Shown piece after piece: positions 11,732 through 25,059 of a stretch of DNA of 64,000 nt. The translations under genes were made by a program, and so were the position numbers. The stretch spans positions 15,562,001 to 15,626,000 of the forward strand of contig NC_090340.1 of the NCBI RefSeq assembly GCF_035084215.1. Reading direction: 5' to 3'. This DNA comes from Heptranchias perlo (Eukaryota). The notes under the pieces are model-generated. The model had not been told where the DNA came from. It did no database searches and saw only the letters and a list, made by a program, of their open reading frames with translations. Position 1 is the first letter of the stretch. Each line of letters begins with the position of its first letter.

Positions 11732-13646
11732 AATTCAGCAAAGGAGGACAAAGAGATTGATTAAGAGGGGAAAATAGAGTATGAGAGTAAACTAGCCAGG
11801 AACATAAAAACTGACTGTAAAACCTTCTGTAAATATGTCAAGAGAAAAAGATTAGTGAAGACAAATGTCGGTCCCTTACAGTCAGAAATGGGGGAAATTA
11901 TAATGGGTAACAAAGAAATGGCAGAACAATTAAACATATACTTTGGTTCTGTCTTCACAAAGGAGGACACAAATAACCTGCCAGAAATGTTAGGGAACCA
12001 AGGGTCTAGTGAGAGGGAGGAACTGACGGAAACCAGTATTAGTAAAAAAATAGTGCTAGGAAAATTAATGGGGCTAAAGGCTGACAAATCCCCAGGGCCT
12101 GATAATCTACATCCCAGAGTACTAAAGGAAGTGGCCCTGGAAATAGTGGATGCATTGGTGATCATCTTCCAAAATTCTACAGACTCTGGAACAGTTCCTA
12201 CAGATTGGAGGGTGGCAAATGTAACCCCACTATTCAAAACAGGAGGGAGAGAAAAAACAGGGAATTACAGACCAGTTAGCCTAACATCAGTAGTGGGGAA
12301 AATGCTAGAGTCTATTATAAAAGATGTGATAACGGAACACTTGGAGGGCATTAACAGGATTGGACAAAGTCAGCATGGGTTTATGAAAGGGAAATCATGC
12401 TTAACAAATCTACTGGAGTTTTTTGAGGATGTAACTAGTAGAATAGATAGGGGAGAACCAGTGGATGTTGTGTATTTGGATTTTCAGAAGGCTTTTGATT
12501 AGGTCCCATACAAGAGGTTAGTGTGCAAAATTAAAGCACATGGGATTGGGGGGACTATACCGGCATGGATTGAGAATTGGTTGACAGATGGGAAACAGAG
12601 TAGGAATAAACGGGTCTTTTTCCGGGTGGCAGGCAGTGACTAGTGGGGTACCACAGGGATCAGTGCTTGGGCCCCAGCTATTCACAATATATATCAATGA
12701 TTTGGATGAGGGAACTAGTTTGCAGACGACACAAAGCTGGGGTGGAATGTGAGCTGTGAGGAGGATGCAAAGAGGCTCCAATGTGATTTAGACAAGTTGG
12801 GTGAGTGGGCAAGAACATGGCAGATGCAGTATAATGTGGATAAATATGAGGTTATCCACTTTGGTTGTAAAAACAGAAAGGCAGATTATTATCTGAACAG
12901 TGATAGATTGGGAAAAGGGGAGTGCAACGAAACCTGGGTGTCCTTGTACACCAGTCGCTGAAAGTGAGCATTCAGGTGCAGCAAGCAGTTAGGAAGGCGA
13001 ATGGTATGTTGGCCTTCATTGCAAGAGATTTGAGTACAGGAGCAGGGATGTCTTCCTGCAGTTATACAGGGCCTTGATGGGACCACATCTGGAGTATTGT
13101 GTGCAGTTTTGGTCTCCTTATCTGAAGAAGGATGTCCTTGCCATGGAGGGAGTGCAATGAAGGTTTACCAGACTGATTCCTGGGAAGGCAGGACTGACGT
13201 ATGAGGAAAGATTAGGCCGACTAGGCCTATATTCACTAGAGTTTAGAAGAATGAGCGGTGATCTCATCAAAACATATGAAATTCTAACAGGACTAGACAG
13301 ACTAGATGCAGGGAGGATGTTCCCGATGGCTGGGGAGTCCAGAACCAGGGGTCACAGTCTCAGGATGCGGGGTATGCCATTTAGAACTGAGATGAGGAGA
13401 AATTTCTTCACTCAGAGGATAGTGAACCTGTGGAATTCTCTACCACAGAAGGCTGTGGAGGCCAAGTCATTAGATGTATTCAAGAAGGAGATAGATATAT
13501 TTCTTAATGCTAAAGAGGTCAAGGGATATGTGGAAAAAGCGGGAACAGGGTACTGAGTTAGACGATCAGCCATGATCATTTTGAATGGCGGAGCAGGCCC
13601 GAAGGGCCGAATGGCCTACTCTTGCTCCTGTTTTCTATGTTTCTAT
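11732..13646 (+). mobile_element. CR1 LINE, 5'-truncated and degenerate
   Basis: [43 protein letters not shown]; 3' GGCCGAATGGCC + TTCTATG tail. Confidence 0.95.
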
Positions 13647-13777
13647 CAGCTTATATCGAATGCCAAAGAATAAGTTGTTCATCCAATCCTGTTCAATGAC
13701 TGTTGCAACATAAGATTATTTTCACTAGAGACTGGGCAGTGTATTAGGTTACAGAGTGTCCTCTCACCTCTAGGACC

Positions 13778-14592
13778 CATTGGAGATGGGGTGTTCTTAC
13801 TTATAATTTACTCCTCAAACTAATAGGGTTCATAGCATTAAATGTCAGATGTCATAGATTTATTAAGCGTACAATAATAATTATTATTAACAATAATTAA
13901 ACATATACTTATCAGCAGCACTTACGGCAAAGCCTTATGAGTTTTTAGCCAGGGAATCCAAACACGTTACAGTTCCGAACTCGATGTAGTTGGTTGATCA
14001 GACCTTAATCAAATTCCAAAGTATCTTGTTCCAACACTCACTTTTTATACCTTTTTTCAACCTTTTAACGTAATCATTTACATGCTTCATAGTTACATTA
14101 CATAGTTATCATTCAATTTGATTGTCCTGTCCTTGCAGCCATACATCCGTACTCCCTAACTTGTTGCATTCCCTAACTTCCCAGAGCAAAGGTCTTTCTC
14201 AGGCAGGTGCTTATCGTCCAATAAAGCTTCAAGGCCTTCCTAACAAAGGGAGCTTTCTGCCTGTTCTGAGTCTGTGACTTCCAGACATTTTAAGATATTA
14301 CCTACCAAGTAAAAATTCTAATTCTAAATCTGTACCATTCCATACCAACCTTCTGCTTCTGAAAAGGATGTGTAGTCCCTTCTGCAAAACTTGTTATCAA
14401 CTAATTAAAGCTCTCTGCTTTTAATCAAGTTTATTGTTTCAATTGACTATTGCATGAAGATCAGTCTTAGTTCAACAGTTCAGTGGTCACTGCATCTATG
14501 TTAAACATACATGTACAGAAAATAAAGCAAGCCTGTCTTATGATTATAACATTAGCAGACCTCACAGCAGTCTGATTAACCCTTTCCTTACA
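13778..14592 (-). mobile_element. Probable solo LTR inserted in a SINE head
   Basis: Minus strand starts TGTAAGGAAAGGG; TATAAAAA at 14042-14049 then AATAAA at 13859-13864. Flanked by GACC/GATC and splits a SINE that is uninterrupted at 27312-27400. The 3' end does not read CA. Confidence 0.55.
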
Positions 14593-14973
14593 GATCTGGA
14601 TATGAATTCAGCCCAGGTTGATGTGAGGAAAATCTCTTCTTCTTGGCTTTGTTCGGACCCAAACAACAGAGATGAAAACAGAGCACGCAAACCCACTGCA
14701 CTCATCCAGTCTCCCAATTTATAAGATTTATATTTAATGTTATAATTTTTAACTCATTCTTGTCTCCCCGCTGAACCCAGCTCACTTTGATCATTCACTA
14801 CTCAAATTCACTGAGCAGCTGTTTAAAACAGAGGTGTGCAAACAGTCCCTTGAACAACACATTTAAAGCTAGGTTTCCATATTAATGACAGTTGCATTCT
14901 AAATGTTTTTTACTTCACTAACTGAACTTTGAGCATTTGAGCTCGTGTTTTTTTTGTTGCTTGCGGCTGGTTT

Positions 14974-17900
14974 CATAGGAACATAGGAAAGTAGGAACAG
15001 GGGTAGGCCATTCAGCCCCTCAAGCATGTTTCGCCATTCAATTAGATTATGCCTGATCTGTATCTTGACTCCATTTATCTGCATTGGTTCCGTAACCCTT
15101 AATATCCTTGCCCAACAAAAATCTATCAATCTCAGTTTTGAAATTTTCAATTGACCCCCAGTCTCAATAGCTTTTTGGGGGAGAGAGTTCCAGATTTCCA
15201 CTATCCTTTGTGTCAAGAAGTGTTTTCTGACATCACCTCTGAATGGCCTAGCTCTAATTTTAAGGTTATGCCTTCTTGTTCTGGACTCTCCCACCAGAGG
15301 AAGTAGTTTCTCTCTATCTACCCGATCAAACCCTTTAACCAACTTAAACAGGATGTAGTTCAGGGATCAAAGACAGAATCTATTTGGTTAGAATTAAGGG
15401 ACAATAGAGGAGCTATTATGCTACTGGATGTATACCATAAGCCACCAAATAGTGGGGAGGAGATAGAGGAGAACATTTGCAGGCAAATTACAGAAAGATG
15501 CAAGGATTATATATAGTGGTAATGGGGGACTTCAATCATCCAAATATAGATTGGGACAGTAACAGTGTAAAGGGCAAAGAGGGGGAGGAATTCCTGAAAT
15601 GTATCCAAGAGAACTTTCTGGAACAGTGTATTTCTAGCCCAACCAGAAAGGAAACAGTGCCGGATCTAGTTCTGAGAATGAAGTGGAGCAGGTGGTGCAT
15701 GTGTCAGTGGGGGAGCATTTGGGGAACAGTGATCATAATATCATTAGGTTTAGAATAGTTATGGAAAAGGACAAGGAACAATCAAATGTCAAAATGCTTA
15801 ACTGGAGAAGGGCAAATTTCATTGAGTTAAAAAGGGATCTTGCCCTGGTGGAATGGAATACTTCACATCTGTCTTCACTAGAGAAGAGGATGCTGCCATT
15901 GTAGCAGTAAAGGAGGCGGTAAATAGCGATATTGGATAGGATAAAAATAGATAAAGAGGAGGTACTTAAAAGATTGGCAGTACTCAAAGTAGAAAAGTCA
16001 CCCGGTCCAGGTGGGATTCATCCTAGGTTACTAAGGGACGTAATTTCCTTGATTTTACTTGCCAATAATTTTTTTTGGCCACAGCCAAAAAAAATTATTG
16101 GCAAGTAAAATCAAGGAAAAACCAAAGATGTTTTATAAATACATTATCGGCAAGAGGAATACCAAGGAAAGAGTAGGGCCCATTAGAGACCAAAAAGGTA
16201 ACCTATGTGTGGAGGCGGAAGACATTGGTATGGTTCTTAATGAATACTTTGCGTCTGTCTTCACAGAAGAGAGGGATGATGCAGACATGTAGTTAAGGAG
16301 GAGGAGTGTGAAATATTGGATGGGATAAACATAGTGAGAGAGGAAGTATTCGGGGATTAGCATCTTTAAAAGTAGATAAATCACCAGGCATGGATGAAAT
16401 GTATCCCAGACTGTTAAAAGAAGCAAGGGAGGAAATAGTGGAGGCTCTGACCATCATTTTCCAATCCTCCCTGGATGCTAATATTGTACCGTTGTTTAAA
16501 AAGGGAGAAAGGGACAGACTGAGTAATTACAGGCCAGTCAGTCTAACCTCAGTGGTGGGCAAATTATTGGAATCAATTCTGGGGGTCAGGACAAACCGTC
16601 ACTTAGAAAGACACGGAGTAATCAAGGACAGTCAGCATGGATTTGTTGTGTCTGAAAGGTCGTGTCTGACTGACTTGGTTGAATTTTTTGAGGAGGTAAC
16701 AAGGAGGGTCAATGAGGGTGGTGCATTTGGTGTAGTCTACGTGGATTTTAGCAAGGCTTTTGACAAGGTCCCACATGGCAGACTGGTCAAAAAAGTACAA
16801 GCCCATGGGATCCAAGGGAAAGTGGCAAGTTGGATCCAATATTGGCTCAGTGGCAGGAAGCAAAGGGTAATGGTTCATGGGTGTTTTTGTGAATCGAAAG
16901 CTGTTTCGAGTGGGGTTCCACAGGGCTCAGTATTAGGACCCTTGCTTTTTGTGGTATATATTAATGATCTGGACTTAAACATAGGGGGCATGATTAAGAA
17001 GTTTGCAGATGATACAAAAATTGACCATGTGGTTGATAGTGAGGAGGAAAGCTGTAGACTGCAGGAAGATATCAATGGACTGGTCAGTTGGGCAGAAAAG
17101 TGGCAAATGTAATTCATTCCGGAGAAGTGTGAGGTAATGTATTTGGGGAGAGCAAACATGGCAAGGGAATATACAATAAATGGAGAGATACTGAGAGGTG
17201 TAGAGGAAGTGAGGGACCTTGGAGTGCATGTCCACAGATCCCTGAAGGTAGCAGGACAGGTAGATAAGGTGGTTAAAAGGGCATACGGATACTTTACTTT
17301 ATTAGCTGAGGCATAGAATATAAGGGCAGGGAGGTTATGTTGGAACTGTATAAAACACTAGTTAGGCCACAGCTTGAGTACAGCGGTCAGTTCTGGTCAC
17401 CACATTACAGCAAAGATATAATTGCACTAGAGAGGGTACAGAGGAGATCTATGAGGATGTTGCCAGGACTGGAGAATTTTAGCTATGAGGAAAGGTTGGG
17501 TTGGCTGGGGTTGTTTTCTTTGGAACAGAGGAAGCTGAGAGGTGATTTAATTGAGGTGTATATAATTATGAGGGGCCTAGATAGAGTGGATAGGAAGGAC
17601 CTATTTCCATTAGCAGAGAGGTCATAGGGGGGCATAGATTTAAAGTGATTGGTAGAAGGATTAGAGGGGAGCTGAAGAAAAATATTTTCACCCAGAGGGT
17701 GGTGGGGGCCTGGAACTCACTGCCTGAAAGGGTGGTAGAGGCAGAAACCTTCATCACATTTAAAAGGTACTTGGATATGCACTTGAAGTGCCGTAACCTA
17801 CAAGGCTACGGACCAAGTGCTGGAAAGTGGGATTAGGCTGGGTGGCTCATTTTAGGCCAGCACAGACACGATGAGCCGAATGGCCTCCTTCTGTGCCGTA

Positions 17901-20900
17901 AATTTTCTATGATTCTATGATTTCTATGATTCAATCTTTGAATCCTCCTTAGATATAGGGCTGGAGGACTGGAGGATTGCAAATATTACACCCCTGTTCA
18001 AAAAATGGGAAAGGGATAAACCCGGCAATTACAGGCCAGTCAGCCTAACGTTGGTGGTGGGGAAAATTTTATAGACAATAATCCGGGACAAAATAAATTG
18101 GCACTTGGAAAAGTATGGGCTAATAAATGAAAGTCAGCACAGATTTGTTAAAGGAAAATCATGTTTCACTAACTTGATTGATTTCTTTGATGAAGTAATG
18201 GAGAGGGCTGATGAGGATAGTGTGATTGATGTTGTGTGTATGGACTTTCAAAAGGCATTTGACAAATTACCACATAATAGACTTGTTAGCAAAACTATTA
18301 AAGGATTAAAGGGACAATGGCAGCATAAATACAAAATTGACTAGCGGACAGAAAGTAGGAAGTTGTGGTGAACGGGTGTTTTTCAGACCAGAGGGAAGTA
18401 TACAGTGGTGTTCCCCAGGGGTCAATATTAGGGCCACTGATCTTTTTGATACATATTAATGATCTGGACTTCAGTATAGAGGGTATAATTTCAAAGTTTG
18501 CAGATGACACGAAACTCAGTAAATTAGCAAACAATGTAGAGTATAGTAACAGGTTTCGGGAGGACATAGACAGATTGGTGAAATGGGCAGACACATGGAA
18601 ATTTAACGCAGAGAAGTGTGAATTGATGCATTTTGGTAGGAAAAATGAAGAGAGGCAATATAAACTAATTGGCACAATTTTAAAGAGGGTGCAGGAGCAG
18701 AGAGACCTGAAGGTGTATGTATACAAATCTTTGAAGGTGGCAGGACAAGTTGAGAAGGCTGTTAAAAAAGCATATGAGACCCTGGGCTTTATTAATAGAG
18801 GCATAGAGTACAAAAGCAAAGAAGTTATGCTAAACCTTTATAAATCAGCTGAAGTATTCTGTTCAATTCTGGGCACCACACTTTAGGAAGGATGTCAAGG
18901 CCTTAGAGAGGGTGCAGGAGAGATTTACTAGAATAGTGCCAGGGATGAGGGACTTCAGTTATGTGGAGAGATTGGAGAAGCTGGAGTTGTTTTCCTCAGA
19001 ACAGAGAAGGTTATGAGGAGATTTGATAGAGTTGTTCAAAATCATGAATGGTTTTGACAGAGTAGATAAGGAGAAACTGTTTCCCATGGCAGAGAGGTCA
19101 GTAACCAGAAGGCACAAATTTAACATGATCGGCAAAAGAGCCTGAGGCGACATGAGGAAATATTTTTTTACTCAGCGAGCTGTTATCATCTGGAATGCAC
19201 TGTCTGAAAGGGTGGTGGAAGCAGATTCAATAGTAACTATCAAAAGGGAATTGGATAAATACTCGAAGGGAAAAATATTACAGGGCTATGGGGAAAGAGC
19301 AGGGGAATAGGTCTAATTGGACAGTCCGTTCAAAGAGCCGGCACAGGCACAATGGGCCGATTGGCCTCCTTCGGCGCTGCACCTACTATGATACCATGAT
19401 ATTTCAATTGGATCATCCCTTAATCTTCTATATTCAAGGGAATACAAGCCTTGTCTATGCATCCTGTCCTCATAATTTAACCCTTTTAGCCCCAGTATAA
19501 TTGTGGTGAATCTATGCTGCACCCCCTCCAAGGCCAATATATCTTTCCAGAGGTGCGGTACCCAGAACTGAATGCAGTACTCCAGATGGGGTCTAACCAG
19601 AGCTCTGTACAGCTGTAACATAATTTCCACCTTTTGTATTCTAAGCCCTCTTGAGATAAAGGCCAACATTCCATTAGCCTTTCTTTTTTTTTTGTATCTG
19701 TCCACTAGCTTTTAGTGATTTCTGTACTTGGACCCCTAAATCTCTCTGCTCATCCACAGTTCCGAGCTTCTCATCATTTAGAAATTACTCTGATCTATAT
19801 TTCTTAGTTCCAAAGTGGATGACCTCACACTTTCCCACATTGAACTTCATCTGCCACAGTTTTGTCTACTCACTTAATCGATCAATGTCCCTTTGCAACT
19901 TTCTGCTCCCATCTTCACTATTTACTGTACCACCTAACTTAGTGTCATCAGCAAACTTAGATATACGGCTCTCGATTCCTTCATCCAAGTAATTTATTAA
20001 TATAGTGAAAAGCTGCGGCCCCAGGACACATCCACTAGTCACATCCTGCCAATTTGAATAAATACCTATTATCCCTCCTCTCTGTCTGCTACCTCTAGCC
20101 TCCAGTTCCCTATCCAAGCCAATAGGTTGCCTCCAATTCCATGCGCTCTCATTTTTGTTAACAGACTCTTACATGGAACCTTGTTGAATTCTATCTGGAA
20201 GTCCATACAAATAACATCCATAGACACTACCATATCTACCACATTAGTTACCTCCTCAAAAAATTCAACTAGGTTCATTAGACATAACTCACCCATTACA
20301 AATCCATGCTGGCTCTCTCTGATCAGCTCATATTTGTTCAAATGCTCAGTCACTCTGTCACTAATAACAGATCCTAGTAACTGTCACACAACTGACGTTA
20401 GACTAATAGGCCTATAATTTCCTGGTTTATCTCTCTTACCCTTCTTAAATAGTGGAGTGACATTGGCAATTTTCCATCCAAGGTGACAATTCCTGAATCA
20501 AGTGAGTTTTGGAAAATCATGACTAATGCATCTACAATTTCCTCACCTACTCCTGCAGTACCTCTACTGTTCTTTGTCTTTGTATAAGCCCTTTCCTTTA
20601 GTTTTATACTATCTCTCACTTCCCTTGTTAACTAAGGTTGTGTAATTGCACAAGTAGTACCCTTGCCCTTTAGGGTTATGTACATGTCGTCTACCAAATA
20701 CTTTTTTGAACACCACCCACTGCTCATCCATAGTTTGATCCGTTAGTAGATCTACCCAGTCTATTGGGTCAATTTCTGCCTCATCCCTCCAAAGTCAGTC
20801 TTAGCTAAATTTAAAACCTCATTTTGTGACTCACCCTTCACCCTCTTGAATCTAATATCAAATACTATCACATTATATATTATATACTATCATCACTGTT

Positions 20901-21046
20901 AGTTAGGTGCTCCCTTACCATTAGATTATTGACTAATTCAGGCTCATTACTCATTATTAAATCTAAGATGGCCTGTTCTCTTGTTGGTTCAAGAACATAT
21001 TGTTCTATAAACCTGTCCCGAATACACTCAAGAAATTCACTGCCTT
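14974..21046 (-). mobile_element. CR1 LINE (pieces 14974-15350 and 19401-21046) split by later plus-strand CR1 insertions
   Basis: ORF2 remnants end at RRLRDDPIE (19401) and resume at xFKxVKGFDRVDREK (15350); same subfamily as 27400-28912. Confidence 0.85.
15351..19400 (+). mobile_element. Two nested CR1 LINEs: host 15351-16043 + 17931-19400, insert 16044-17930
   Basis: APE GDFN motif at 15525. Host frame stops at HPRLLRDV and resumes at IFESSLD..EDW. Two sets of RT motifs and two 3' tails (17930, 19400). Confidence 0.85.
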
Positions 21047-23784
21047 CGGATTTTGACCCAGCGACGATGAAGGAACGGCGATATATTTCCAAGTCGGGAT
21101 GGTGTGTGACTTAGAGGGGAACGTGCAGGTGGTGGTGTTCCCATGTGCCTGCTGCCCTTGTCCTTCTAGGTGGTAGAGGTCGCGGGTTTTTGGAGGTGCT
21201 GTCGAAGAAGCCTTGGCGAGTTGCTGCAGTGCATCCTGTGAATGGTACACACTGCAGCCACGGTGTGCCATTGGTGGAGGGAATGAATGTTTAAGCTGGT
21301 CGATGGGGTGCCAATCAATCGGCCTGCTTTGTGTTGTCGAGCTTCTTGAGTGTTGTTGGAGCTGCACTCATCCAGGCAAGTGGAGAGTATTCCATCACAC
21401 TCCTGACTTGTGCCTTGTAGAGAGGCTTAGGGGTGTCAGGAGTTGAATCACTCACTGCAGGATACCCAGCCTCTGGCCCGCTGTTGTAGCCACAGTAGTT
21501 ATGTGGCTAGTCCAGTTAAGTTTCTGGTCAATGGTGACCCCCAGGATGTTGATGGTAGGGGATTCAGCGATGGTAATGCCGTTGAATGTCAAAGGGAGGC
21601 AGTTAGACTCTCTCTTGTTGGAGATGGTCATTGCCTGGCAATTGTGTGGCACGAATGTAACTGGCCACTTATCAGCCCAAGCCTGGATATTGATCAGGTC
21701 TTGCTGCATGTGGGCACGGATTGCTTCATTATCTGAGAGGTTGCAAAAGGAACTGAACACTATGCAATCATCAACGAACATCCCCACTTCTGACCTAATA
21801 ATGGAGGGAAGGTCATTGATGAAGCAGCTGAAGATGGTTGAGCCTAGGACACTGCACTGAGGAACTCATGCAGCAATGTCCCGGGGCTGAGATAATTGGC
21901 CTCCAACAACCACTGCCATCTTCTTTTGTGCTAGATATGACTCCAGCCAATAGAGAGTTTTTCCCTGATTCCCATTTGCTTCAATTATACTAAGGCTCCT
22001 TGATGCCACACTCAGTCAAATGCTACCTTGATGTCAAGGGCAGTCACTCCCACCTCACCTTTGGAATTCAGCTCTTTTGTCCATTTTTGAACCAAGGCTG
22101 TAATGAGGTCTGAAGCCGAGTGGTCCTGGCGGAACCCAAACTGAGCATCGATGAGTAGGTTATTGGTGTGTAAGTGCTGCTTGATAGCACTGTCGACAAC
22201 ATCTTCCGTCACTTTGCTGATGATTGAGAGTAGACTGATGGGGCGGTAATTGGCCGGATTGGATTTGCCCTGCTTTTTGTGGACAGGACATACCTGGGCA
22301 ATTTTCCACATTGTTGGGTAGGTGCCAGTGTTGTAGCTGTACTGGAACAGCTTGGCTAGAGGCACGGCTAGTTCTGGAGCACAAGTCTTCAGCACTACAG
22401 CAGGGATGTTGTCGGGGCCCATAGCTTTTATTGTATCCAGTGCACTCAGCCGTTTCTTGATATCATGCGGAGTGAATCGAATTGGCTGGAGACTGGCTTC
22501 CGTGATGGTGGGGATATCAGGAGGAGGCTGAGGTGGATCATCTACTCGGCACTTCTGGCTGTAGATGGTTGCAAACACTTCAGCTTTGTCTTTTGCACTC
22601 ACGTGATGGACTCCGCCATCATTGAGGATGGGGATGTTTGTAGAGCCTTCTCCTCCCGTTAGTTGTTTAATTGTCCACCACCATTCACGACTGGATGTGG
22701 CAGGACTGCAGAGCTTTGATCTGATCCGTTGGTTGTGGGATCACTTAGCTCTATCTATAGCATGTTGCTTCCGCTGTTTCACATGCATGTAGTCCTCTGT
22801 TGTAGCTTCACCAGGTTGGCACCTCATTTTTAGGTGCACCTGCTGCTGCTCCTGGCATGCTCTTCTACACTCCTCATTGAACCAGGGTTGATTCCCTGGC
22901 TTGTTGGTAATGGTAGAGTGAGGAATATGCCGGGCCATGATGTTACAGATTGTGGTGGAATACAATTCTGCTGCTGCTGATGGCCCACAGCGCCTCATGG
23001 ATGCCCAGTTTTGAGCTGCTAGATCTGTTCTGAATCTATCCCATTTAGCACAGTGGTAGTACCACACAGCATGATGGATGGTGTCCTCAGTGCGAAGACG
23101 GGACTTCGTCTCCACGGGGACTGCGTGGTGGCCACTCCTATCAATCCCATGTTTGACCTGATGCCCTGAGATTTCATGGGGTCCGGAGTCAATGTTGAGG
23201 ACTCCCAGGCCCACTCCCTCCTGACTGTATATCACTGTGCCGCTACCCCTGGTGGGTCTGGACATAACCAGGGATGGTGATAGAGGAGTCTGGGATGTTG
23301 GCTGAAAGGTATGATTCTGTGAGTATGGTTATGTCAGGCTGTTGCTTGACTGGTCTGTGGGACAGTTCTCCCAATTTTGGCACAAGTCCCCAGATGTTAG
23401 TGAGGAGGACTTTGCAGGGTCGACTGGGCTTGGTTTGCCTTTGTCGTGTCCGGTGCCTAGTGGTCCGTCCGGTTTTATTCTTATGTCTTTTTGTAGCGGG
23501 ATTGTACAACTGAGTGGCTTTCTGGGCCATTTCAGAGGGCAGTTAAAAATCAATCACATTGCTGTGGGTCTGGAGTCACATATAGGCCAGACCAGGAAGG
23601 ACATTAGTGAACCAGATGGGTTTTTACAACAATCCAGTAGTTTCATGGTCACCATTACAGATACTAGCTTTTTATTGCAGATTTTATTTAATTAACTGAA
23701 TTTAAATTCCCCGGCTACCATGGTAGGATTTGAACTCGTGTCTCCAGATTATTAGTCCAGTGAAATGACCACTGTGCTACCATC
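21047..23784 (-). mobile_element. 5'-complete copy of the Zenon-like LINE: tRNA-like head + single APE-RT ORF (degenerate, extreme 3' end lost)
   Basis: A box TAGCACAGTGG 23779-23769; B box GAGTTCAAATCC 23737-23726; ATG 23530 leading to VLLTNIWGL..QQPDITILTESYL (APE start); ALDIKVAFD and FVDD RT motifs. Confidence 0.9.
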
Positions 23785-24405
23785 TCTGGCTTGGTGCTAT
23801 GGCTGCTGCCTTGCTTGGTGCAAATGGCCCTGTGGGAGATATATTTTTGAAAAGTATAATAAAAAGATTAATGAGACATGCAGTGAAGTTATCTGAGAGT
23901 CAGGTGAGTGAGCCAAGCACTGCTCCTTCCTTACCTGGTTGTCCCCCAGCCTGATGCTGAAGTGTGTGAGCTGAACTGTCTTTTTAAAGGCTGCACTCCA
24001 GCTTCCATGCACTGCAGCAAATTACACTCGTTTTACACTAGATATACGCCAATTACTACTCCAATTATGCAAATGAGCTTACCGGGGAAACCCACATGTA
24101 AATACTTCTCCAGACCACTGTTTTTATTGGCGTAACAGTGGCGCAACTCAATACTTGGAAATTCACGCCCAAGTTCTTTTAAATCTTAATAAACCTACTT
24201 TTTCATTTAATCTTCATTAACAATGAACCCTAAAAGAAATTTAGATATGAACTTTACAATCTTATCCTTCTTCTATTTTCAACTTTTCCTGCCTTCGCTC
24301 CTAAGATCTGCCAATGGGTTTGTTCCCACCGTTGCCGAGTAAATAATTTGCCATGGTAAACATATACAGGGAGTGTCCATAGCTCTGTTTAACAATGAGG
24401 GCATC
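23785..24405 (-). repeat. Left arm of an inverted segmental duplication (partner 29608-30211); includes a truncated Harbinger-type end
   Basis: Reverse-complement similarity over about 600 bp, including non-TE flank. Confidence 0.85.
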
Positions 24406-25059
24406 TCAGGTGAGTGCAAGCCTGGCCTCAGCTGCTTAGAGCCTCAGGACTGCAGGAAACCTCATTGCAGGTGAGAAAGCTGCACTCCAAACCTGTAGTG
24501 TGGTTTCTGGGTCATTCTGCTCAGAGCAGCACTTAGCCTGATTTAAAGTTGTGCCCCCTGTTGTTCAGTCATTGGACACTGCCTACAACGAAAGTCACTG
24601 AAGCAGCCTATCGGAGAGAGAGACCATTCTCAAGGGTTTTGTGCCAGTAACAAAACTGATGTATTTTAAAGAATGACAAATAAATTTTCAATATAAGAAT
24701 GTGAAGTACTTTTTAAAAAAATGGTACTCCCCCTAGACTTTGTTTTACACTTAACTATCGGGTAAATTCACTGATGCTGTGCTCCCAACCGACAGCCATG
24801 CTCAAATCTCCAACCTGCGCTCCCTTCAAGAGCATCTAACTGCTGGGATCACAGGATCACTGAACTTATCTGTAGGTATCTGAAGGCAGACCAATGGGAA
24901 CAATGTTTAATGATATCATAGTGTTGCCGGTGTCCCTCTGTGAAGTCATAATTCTCAGAAAATGTTATCGCTTTAAGACATCAGCGACGTGGCAGTGCCG
25001 AGCAACTAAATTCCCTCTATACTACTCATTATAACCTTAGTCTAGTGCTGTTACTGATG

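Noticed and set aside
23726-23784. Functional tRNA gene
   Set aside because: A/B boxes are present, but there is no convincing cloverleaf or adjacent terminator, and the sequence continues into LINE sequence.
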